Of a DNA stretch of 56,169 bases, positions 49,454 to 56,169 are shown piece after piece. Under the pieces are notes generated by a model. It saw only the letters and a list, made by a program, of their open reading frames with translations, did no database searches and was not told where the DNA came from. Each line of letters begins with the position of its first letter. Within the stretch, counting starts at the first letter, position 1. The stretch is from Candidatus Woesearchaeota archaeon (GTDB lineage Archaea; Nanobdellota; Nanobdellia; Woesearchaeales; UBA9642), in the NCBI GenBank assembly GCA_013330595.1, contig DUIB01000018.1:1-56169 (forward strand). Reading direction: 5' to 3'. Position numbers and translations under genes: made by a program.

Positions 49454-49672
49454 TATTTTTCTATAAAGCTTATCCTTTGATTTATAATATATCCCCTTAA
49501 TAAGTTGTCTTTTCTTGTTTTTGACATTATAGTCAATTAGCGGGATATAGGGATATCTCTAAATGGAAACACATTTTTTTAGTTTTTGTTACTTTTTAGT
49601 GTTGTCGATAAGTATTTAAATAACGACGTCTTATTTATAGACGGAGAACGTGTTTTTTGTCGTCGGTGATTT

Positions 49673-50377
49673 ATGGTGAAAATTCTTATCTTAAATGGGC
49701 ATGGAATACGACTTTATGTTGATAATTCTAAGGTTCATTTAAAGGATGGCCGATGGAATATCACAGATACTCCTGAAGAATATGTTTACAGTCCTAGAAA
49801 GATTGATTTGGATCACATTGTTATCTACGGCCAAAACGGAAATATTACCTTTGATGCGGTTAGATGGCTTATCAAGCATGACATTCAGATTAGTTTTCTT
49901 AATTGGGATGGTAAATTATTGACAACTATGCTTCCTAATCAAAGTGTTCAGATTGATGCTAAATTCTCTCAATATTCAGTCTATAAGGATGCTAAACTCA
50001 GGGTTTTCCTGGCAAAGTACTTTATTAAAGCAAAATTTGCAAGGACTCAATCCGTCTTAGACTATTTACATTCTAGGTATCCTGTTGTTAGGACTGATTT
50101 CAGTAAGGAAGAAGCTATGTTAGAAAGAGCAGAAAGTACAACAAAACTAGCAGAACAATTATTCGAAACACCAACAGATTATGAACTAAAAATCAAAGAC
50201 AACTTGGTAAGAGCTCATGTAAAAAAGTTACAAAAATACAGGATACTAAATGCTCAACAAACAAATAATGTTACAAGATACCGTGTGAACCAAGATGTAA
50301 TAAAAATAACAGACACCAAAACACACCTAGTAGTGAAGAATATTGATACAGGAATTGAATCACATATATTAATATGA
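49673..50377 (+). CDS. cas1: Truncated casposase (Cas1) N-terminal ~155 aa fused in frame to a wHTH-like domain
   Basis: LILNGHGI..VD..KVHLKDGR..EEYVYSPRKID..IYGQNGNITFDAVRWLIKH..ISFLNWDGKLLTTMLP; similarity ends at ~50137, before the catalytic E/H/D. Confidence 0.85.
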   Translation: MVKILILNGHGIRLYVDNSKVHLKDGRWNITDTPEEYVYSPRKIDLDHIVIYGQNGNITFDAVRWLIKHDIQISFLNWDGKLLTTMLPNQSVQIDAKFSQYSVYKDAKLRVFLAKYFIKAKFARTQSVLDYLHSRYPVVRTDFSKEEAMLERAESTTKLAEQLFETPTDYELKIKDNLVRAHVKKLQKYRILNAQQTNNVTRYRVNQDVIKITDTKTHLVVKNIDTGIESHILI

Positions 50378-50405
50378 TATATAAAGAAAAATATTAATAT
50401 CTATT

Positions 50406-51323
50406 TTAGGTAAAGTGAGAGATCACTAATTGCTTTTCTTTATCTTCGGATAACGATACTATCCCAACATATTGTAGTTGTCTCAATGATTTGTAAATAC
50501 GTGATTTAGGAACTTTCTCAATCAATCTAACATACACCTGGTATAATTTATCTAGAGAAATTTCGTGTAATTCACTAAGTGCTAAGCTATCTCTCAAAAA
50601 ATAAAAGCAAGACATAATATTAATAAATCTTTTTATTTTAAATTGTAATATGTTAACAAGATAGTCTAAATGATTTTTTACAATATCACATAATATATCA
50701 TCAACTGTTTCACCTAATAATTTTTCAGGTCTAATATTTTTATCTCGGCGTTTTTCTTCAAGTATAGAATGTACTTCGTTTGTTGCGAGAAACTCTCCAT
50801 CTCGATTACGCTCAATGTATCCTATTGATATTAAAAAATCTATATATTTCATATATTTCTCTTCTTTTGATATTACAGAATCGATTTCTATTTTATCTTT
50901 ATCTACAAGTTGTACCAGTAAATAGTGGAATTTCTGGAATAAATACGCGACGCCAGATAAATGTAATAACTGTTTTATTATATCTTTATTTTCCAAGACA
51001 GAAAGCGTAATACTATTCCGCAAATTCAGGAACTCTGATTTAATGTTCTCATTCAATATTTTTCTTTTAATTCTAATTCTTTCACTGGACGTATGCTCAA
51101 ATGTATATATGTTATCAAATGTGATTGCCCTAATGTAAACTTTTTTGTTAGGTTCATCAAAAATATTGAATACTTTAGAATATGCTAACTGAACTATATA
51201 TCTATTTTCTTTTTTTGTTACTTTATGAATACCTATATTTAATCCAAATTCATCTAATAAATACCTATTTATAGATAATTTTACATTATCTTCTGAGTCC
51301 GAATCTAATTTATGAGTTTTCAA
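50406..51323 (-). CDS. Hypothetical protein with two wHTH-like domains
   Basis: KYIDFLISIGYIER and KSLRQLQYVGIVS recognition-helix/wing patterns. Confidence 0.65.
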   Translation of the reverse strand: MKTHKLDSDSEDNVKLSINRYLLDEFGLNIGIHKVTKKENRYIVQLAYSKVFNIFDEPNKKVYIRAITFDNIYTFEHTSSERIRIKRKILNENIKSEFLNLRNSITLSVLENKDIIKQLLHLSGVAYLFQKFHYLLVQLVDKDKIEIDSVISKEEKYMKYIDFLISIGYIERNRDGEFLATNEVHSILEEKRRDKNIRPEKLLGETVDDILCDIVKNHLDYLVNILQFKIKRFINIMSCFYFLRDSLALSELHEISLDKLYQVYVRLIEKVPKSRIYKSLRQLQYVGIVSLSEDKEKQLVISHFT

Positions 51324-51960
51324 TTTTAGTTTGCCCCTTATTTTTCATATCTTTTAATCGATAAGTATCTAATATAATCTTTATGTATGATTTTATATGT
51401 CTCGAATGTTGTGATACATCTAAATAACTTATTTTTATGGGTTCTTTATTAGCATATGGTAATTGATACAAAGGATCAACAAATAATAATGTCTCGCCTC
51501 CTTTTTTATAACCAATTAATAATAATATATGTTTTTTATCTTCCTTGTATATATTATTTCCAATATTAAACTCATACACATCTTTAAGAGCTGGAGCGAT
51601 TATCTTTAGGATACTCATCTCAAAAAATACTGGAACACATGAACCATTTTTGCCATCCGAAAATTGAACAAATGTATCATGAATATCAGAGTACCCTATT
51701 TTGTTTGTTCTATATGGCACACCGATTTTTTGGAGTTCATTATTAAATTTCTGAAAATTATGCCTTTCATTTTCGGCACCATCTGATTCATCATAATTAA
51801 ATATTACTTTTATTCTTTCTATATCCAGATCATAACCTAAGTTATGAAATACTACATTAAGAGCGTTTATCTGACATGCCGGTTGATCGCCTTTTATTAA
51901 ATTATTCGGTATGTCAATATCGATAACCTTTTCTGTATTACTGAGTGTTTTTCTCTTCAT
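51310..51960 (-). CDS. C39-like (papain-fold) cysteine peptidase
   Basis: PACQINAL (Cys), KHILLLIGY (His), LFVDP (Asp). Confidence 0.7.
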   Translation of the reverse strand: MKRKTLSNTEKVIDIDIPNNLIKGDQPACQINALNVVFHNLGYDLDIERIKVIFNYDESDGAENERHNFQKFNNELQKIGVPYRTNKIGYSDIHDTFVQFSDGKNGSCVPVFFEMSILKIIAPALKDVYEFNIGNNIYKEDKKHILLLIGYKKGGETLLFVDPLYQLPYANKEPIKISYLDVSQHSRHIKSYIKIILDTYRLKDMKNKGQTKIENS

Positions 51961-52010
51961 TTATAAAGGGAAAAACAACATACTATTTAAAATTAATGAT
52001 ATATTCTTAA

Positions 52011-52223
52011 TTAGGAAAGCTCCATTCTTTTTTTGACAAGTGCAGGCATTATTCCGTTTTCTGACAACCATGATAAAAATATCGTCTTGACGACATCTGC
52101 TCTATCATCGCCTAATTCTCCGACTAATGAATCTATTAGCGAAAGTTGTTTATCGTTAAATGTTAGGTATACTCTTTTGCCCTTCTCAATAAAGTTGCTA
52201 TTTAGTTGCTTTTTGGCATCCAT
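52011..52223 (-). CDS. Ribbon-helix-helix (CopG-like) regulator
   Basis: RVYLTF..Q..LIDSLVGELG..RADVVK pattern. Confidence 0.75.
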   Translation of the reverse strand: MDAKKQLNSNFIEKGKRVYLTFNDKQLSLIDSLVGELGDDRADVVKTIFLSWLSENGIMPALVKKRMELS

Positions 52224-52497
52224 ATAGCAACCAATAAGCATATACTTATATTTAAATATTGTTATAATGAATAATATATATTCAATAATTTAAATATCCT
52301 ATGGGACAATGTCTTGTGTGACCAAACAATCAAACTTTTATTATAACTTGATTCTTATGAACTAGCCTACCTACATCACATTCATGATGCGTTGAAACCA
52401 GTTTTCTGAGTAAGCCCTCATACACCATCGAATGATATATGGAGATTTTATTTATATAAGTTATACTATTGTACTATTGGTTTGAGAACAAGCTTCT

Positions 52498-52536
52498 AAA
52501 AGCCACTCTTTAATCCTCTTAGGTGAGTGGCTTTTA
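52498..52536. other. Stem-loop upstream of small-gene operon
   Basis: AAAAGCCACTC...GAGTGGCTTTT inverted repeat. Confidence 0.6.
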
Positions 52537-52563
52537 AATTCTTGTAACAGCAAGGTGATCTAT

Positions 52564-52686
52564 ATGGAAGAGGAAAATTATCATATTGAAATTGATTGTT
52601 CGAATGAAGCTAATGCTATCGTGTGCAAAGCAATAAAATCTAAGAATCCTAAGACACCAGCCACAATAGGCGTAAAAGGCGAATAA
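52564..52686 (+). CDS. 40-aa hypothetical protein
   Basis: SD GGTGAT; MEEENYHIEIDC...GVKGE; stop abuts the next ATG. Confidence 0.5.
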   Translation: MEEENYHIEIDCSNEANAIVCKAIKSKNPKTPATIGVKGE

Positions 52687-52881
52687 ATGCCAAAATTCGC
52701 GATATTATGCGGAAGCGGGACGTACAACAACTTCCTTACAGAGGTCAACACATTTCAGGCCAGGAATCAGGATGATGCATTTGAAAAAGGTGAAGACTAC
52801 TGCAACAATCTAGAAGCCAGCTTCATATTCCCACTAAATAAGGCCAACATAGATAAATTAAAGACACTAATCAACAGGTGA
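52687..52881 (+). CDS. Small hypothetical protein
   Basis: Directly coupled to the previous ORF. Confidence 0.55.
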   Translation: MPKFAILCGSGTYNNFLTEVNTFQARNQDDAFEKGEDYCNNLEASFIFPLNKANIDKLKTLINR

Positions 52882-52887
52882 ATTAAA

Positions 52888-53118
52888 ATGTTCAAACATG
52901 TAGAAGCTTTCGTAAAATATCTTGATGAAAACAAAGTAGCAGCATTCGACCTAGACAAGGATTTACTACATCCACTAAACAAGACTGCAGAGACATGTGC
53001 AGTACTCATACATGGTGCAAAGGAAAGCGGAGAATTCGAAGTCACAGAACTAGTAAGGACAGAAGACTGCCGCAAAAAAATCACAGAACTATTATCAAAA
53101 AACATTCCACTAAAATAA
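52888..53118 (+). CDS. Small hypothetical protein
   Basis: SD AGGTGA; third gene of a compact operon. Confidence 0.6.
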   Translation: MFKHVEAFVKYLDENKVAAFDLDKDLLHPLNKTAETCAVLIHGAKESGEFEVTELVRTEDCRKKITELLSKNIPLK

Positions 53119-53229
53119 TACCTTATAACTTTTCTTTAAAGATTAGAACTAATAAGGGTTGTCTCTTATGTATAGTTCATCTGGCGTGGCAATCAAATGA
53201 GGTAAAATCGATTTGTTGAAACAAGTGAT

Positions 53230-54327
53230 TTAAGGACAAGAAAGTACTTTAAGTTCTATCATCTTATCTAATACTTTAGTTATGAATTTTTCCAATTCTC
53301 CTTTCTGTTCAATACGATCTTTTTTAAAAAATTGTTCGTCTAATATATATTCTGCCTCTAAATCATTATAGTCACCATCAGATTCGATTTTTATGTATTC
53401 ATCTAGTTTTGATTTTATCTTATCAAAGTCTCCTTTCTTAGGCTCGTCGATTTCAATAAAAAAAGAAAACTCCCATCCTTCATTCGAATCCTGTGCATTA
53501 AAACCAAAAGCTACATCTTTATTATTAATTTTAACTTCTTTATAGATAGTCGGACCAGAATCGCCCACTACAGAATTACCTCTATTTTTTTGTTTACAAT
53601 TCAACTTTGATTTTTTAAAAATTGAAGAGATATCTTCTAAAGTTTTATCGAATTGATCATATATTTTCCACATAGAAAAAAGATCGTTGTTACTTTGATT
53701 GTTTATTGATTGCCAAGCATTCATGTTTTCATCCTCCATATATTTAATTATCTCTTTAACAAGAAACGATTGCACTGAGTTGCTAACTAATTTATCAGAT
53801 ATTGATTTCAAAAAATAATGAACCTCATTCCATGGCATGTGCCTAAACTTTACTGAATCATTCATACAATTTTTTAACTTCTTCTCAACAGGGATATACT
53901 TTTCATAAGGATATGTGAGAAGTATGAATATTTTATTTTTATAATTCTGTCCATTTATCCAATTAATATATTTGAATAATGCTTCTTTTTCATCATTTAT
54001 CTCTTTATCGCTCAATATATTTGTTTCTTCACTATCTGCTCTTCTCTTGAGTGCTTTAGCACCCATCTTGCTCTCAATAATAATTAACGTATCTGCGGCT
54101 TTCTCAATAAAAATATCAAATTCGCCAATATCTTTGATAAAATATTCAGGAACTACCTTAAATGGTGATCCGATTTTAATTTTCGCGATATATCTTACAA
54201 ATTCTTTTGCGATTTCCTCATCAGAATGTAATAAATATGTTATGATTTGAGTAAAATATTCTTCATGAGGCGTTCTTTTTTCCTTACCTCTATATTTTTC
54301 TAGAGCTGAGAATAAATTACTCGTCAT
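53230..54327 (-). CDS. PD-(D/E)XK nuclease family protein (PDDEXK_4-like)
   Basis: HEEYFTQIITYLL, PEY....GEFDIFI, IIIESK. Confidence 0.78.
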   Translation of the reverse strand: MTSNLFSALEKYRGKEKRTPHEEYFTQIITYLLHSDEEIAKEFVRYIAKIKIGSPFKVVPEYFIKDIGEFDIFIEKAADTLIIIESKMGAKALKRRADSEETNILSDKEINDEKEALFKYINWINGQNYKNKIFILLTYPYEKYIPVEKKLKNCMNDSVKFRHMPWNEVHYFLKSISDKLVSNSVQSFLVKEIIKYMEDENMNAWQSINNQSNNDLFSMWKIYDQFDKTLEDISSIFKKSKLNCKQKNRGNSVVGDSGPTIYKEVKINNKDVAFGFNAQDSNEGWEFSFFIEIDEPKKGDFDKIKSKLDEYIKIESDGDYNDLEAEYILDEQFFKKDRIEQKGELEKFITKVLDKMIELKVLSCP

Positions 54328-54916
54328 TTTTATCCCCCATATATCTTCTGCTTTTTTTTATCATCTTAATTCTGTTTTCAACTTTTTCTTTCTCTTTTAA
54401 TAACCAATTTAGCTTTCTTTTTATATAGACTTTTGCATCAATGTCCCACTCATTTAACATCATCTGCCTAAACTCATCATCTCCATAGATCTTAACTACA
54501 TCTTTCTTTATATATATCTGCTTTTGTTTCCTATTTGATCCCTTGATTGTTTTGGTGAAAATAATATCTAAATCTTCAAGTTTTTTTACAGATTTAAAGG
54601 TCACACTATATTGGTTTGTTGTCCTTCTCAGAAGTTTGTTAATCTCATAGATTGTTGGAGTAATATCTTTCAAATCTTCCAAATAAAGAATAATTATTAG
54701 TTCGCTTACTTTTGGTATCCATAAATAATTATATAATCTTTCGCTAAATTCTCTTGGAGAAATTCTTTTATTATCTTTTTTACGCTTGAAGATTTCCCAA
54801 TGCTTAATCCAATACTCCTCTGAAAGATTTATTATATCAAGGTCACATTCTACATAGTCAATTATAGCAATTTTTAGGTGTTCCTTGTTCTCAATCCAAT
54901 CTAGGATATTACTCAT
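54317..54916 (-). CDS. wHTH-containing protein
   Basis: TIYEINKLL..YSVTFKSVKKLEDLDII..KQIYI; overlaps the nuclease start. Confidence 0.65.
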   Translation of the reverse strand: MSNILDWIENKEHLKIAIIDYVECDLDIINLSEEYWIKHWEIFKRKKDNKRISPREFSERLYNYLWIPKVSELIIILYLEDLKDITPTIYEINKLLRRTTNQYSVTFKSVKKLEDLDIIFTKTIKGSNRKQKQIYIKKDVVKIYGDDEFRQMMLNEWDIDAKVYIKRKLNWLLKEKEKVENRIKMIKKSRRYMGDKNDE

Positions 54917-55021
54917 AATATGTTCTCAATGGGAATATATATTTAAATTTAGCGTAAAATTCGGGAATATATGCATGGATTTTGAGTAAAGTTATTATAT
55001 ATCTTATATAGTGTTCAAGTC

Positions 55022-55996
55022 ATGAAATGTTTTTATTGTAATAAATATTTTAAGGAATCACCTCGATCTGTTACGGCTGTATTCCATCATAGAATGGATT
55101 TCTGTTCAGAAAAATGTTATCACAATTATTTCAAGAAAATAGGTAAAGATCTACCTTCAATGCATAAGAAAAAATCTTTTTGGTTTGATCATGTCTCTGA
55201 TTATCCTTCTTTCGAGCAGTTCAGGAAGGCTTTCGTGGTTTTTCTTAAAAAACGAGCCTTAAAGGATATTTATGATGATTCTTGGAGTTTTTACTGTAGA
55301 AACAATTACTCTCTTGAATATCAATTAGAGCAAACGAGAGCCATAAATAAGGTTTTTGACACGGTTTATGGCGTTGGGAAGGTCAGATGGGGTTTTATTC
55401 AGAACCATCCAGATGAGAAACTTCAGGAGAGCCTTTATTGGGGTCCATTTCTCACAATTAATGATTTAAGCTTCATACTGATGGCTAATAGTAAAATAAC
55501 TGTTGATAATTTCATCAGAACAACACTCAAACAGGCATTACTCAAAGAGATTAGTCATCTTAGTTTTAAAAGAACGAAAGCAACAACTCAGAAAGTGCTT
55601 AAGATTAACAATCACTTATGTCAGCAGTGCAATAATGAGAAAAGCACTTACAAAATTCATTTAAACAGGAAGATGATGCTCCTTTGTGATTATTGCTTTT
55701 ATTATCTGAAATATAAAAACAAAGATCAAAAAATAGTTGTTGATTCTCACTTAGCTACAAAAAAAGGTGTTGATAATAGGATTAAGGCAATAAAAAAGTT
55801 TTTGCTCCCAATGATAAGAAAAAAAATAGATAAGAAACTTGCAAATAACTTATGGATGATACACAAAGTAAAAGGAAGCGAAGCACTGTTGACTAAAATA
55901 AAAGAATATCCTGAATTATCTAAGTTCTTAGCAAAAAATAACATAAGCTATTATGAACTGATAAAGGCACTATCACTATTGAAGCTAGAAAAGTGA
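55022..55996 (+). CDS. Zn-finger protein with a degenerate HNH-like module
   Basis: N-terminal CFYC...FCSEKC; central CQQC...LLCDYC. Confidence 0.6.
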   Translation: MKCFYCNKYFKESPRSVTAVFHHRMDFCSEKCYHNYFKKIGKDLPSMHKKKSFWFDHVSDYPSFEQFRKAFVVFLKKRALKDIYDDSWSFYCRNNYSLEYQLEQTRAINKVFDTVYGVGKVRWGFIQNHPDEKLQESLYWGPFLTINDLSFILMANSKITVDNFIRTTLKQALLKEISHLSFKRTKATTQKVLKINNHLCQQCNNEKSTYKIHLNRKMMLLCDYCFYYLKYKNKDQKIVVDSHLATKKGVDNRIKAIKKFLLPMIRKKIDKKLANNLWMIHKVKGSEALLTKIKEYPELSKFLAKNNISYYELIKALSLLKLEK

Positions 55997-56014
55997 GAGA
56001 GTAAAAATAGCCCA

Positions 56015-56169
56015 CTAAGATAATTTTAGTTTCTTCCAATTCTTTGCCGGTTTAGAATATTTTATTGACACGTCTAATAGTTTAGCGAACATGTCTTCAG
56101 ATAATTTGTTTTTGTATTTGCCCACAAAATATTCATACAATCCCCTCTTAAAATCCTCATAATCAATCA
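56015..56169 (-). CDS. 3' end of a gene running off the window
   Basis: Open frame IDYEDFKRGLYEYF...KKLKLS ending TAG at 56015-56017. Confidence 0.5.
   Translation of the reverse strand, partial: IDYEDFKRGLYEYFVGKYKNKLSEDMFAKLLDVSIKYSKPAKNWKKLKLS

Larger units (their letters stand above)
49542..56169 (+). mobile_element. Decayed casposon-like element (left end and cargo; right end not seen)
   Basis: GGGATATAGG at 49542, casposase-type cas1 fragment ~130 bp later, then orphan, regulator and nuclease genes. Confidence 0.65.

Noticed and set aside
49673..50377. Functional CRISPR adaptation cas1
   Set aside because: No catalytic domain, no cas2 and no array; the sequence is casposase-like.
52370..52445. 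Hammerhead-like ribozyme
   Set aside because: No CUGANGA core with the required three stems.
423..55944. Many antisense or overlapping ORFs in the track (e.g. 17200-17595, 34400-34738, 37135-37542, 42585-42974, 27968-28171)
   Set aside because: Shadow frames of well-supported genes, or translations of repeats.
56138..56152. ATCCCCTCTTAA as a casposon right end
   Set aside because: It lies inside an open frame and is not complementary to the 49542 end.

Overview
AT-rich archaeal DNA, most consistent with a DPANN/Woesearchaeota-like genome. This rests on archaeal r-proteins, Rpo4, LonB, Orc1/Cdc6, a tandem Lrp and many near-leaderless genes. Most of 1-43.8 kb is core backbone: hemolysin-CBS, cdc6, tsaC, rtcB, tyrS, archease, glgP, secDF, pilins, tatD, beta-CASP nuclease, lonB, rpl21e-rpo4, rpl15e, rps19e-rpl39e-rpl31e, XPD, pyrG and two tRNA-Val genes, one with a 15-nt intron. 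Accessory DNA includes a ~1.2-kb DDE insertion sequence, a cluster of paralogous orphans and a B12-radical-SAM/glycosyltransferase/deacetylase operon. From ~49.54 kb to the window end lies what looks like a decayed casposon: a GGGATATAGG terminus, then a casposase (Cas1) cut off before its catalytic residues and fused to a wHTH. Its candidate cargo includes a C39-like protease + double-wHTH pair and a PD-(D/E)XK nuclease. The other striking signal is a family of ~22-28 bp palindromic micro-units. They form nested or periodic hairpin arrays at several intergenic sites (4.4, 24.8, 27.8, 49.3 kb), with compensatory stem changes and apparent TA duplications. All family assignments come from motif recognition by eye; no searches were run.
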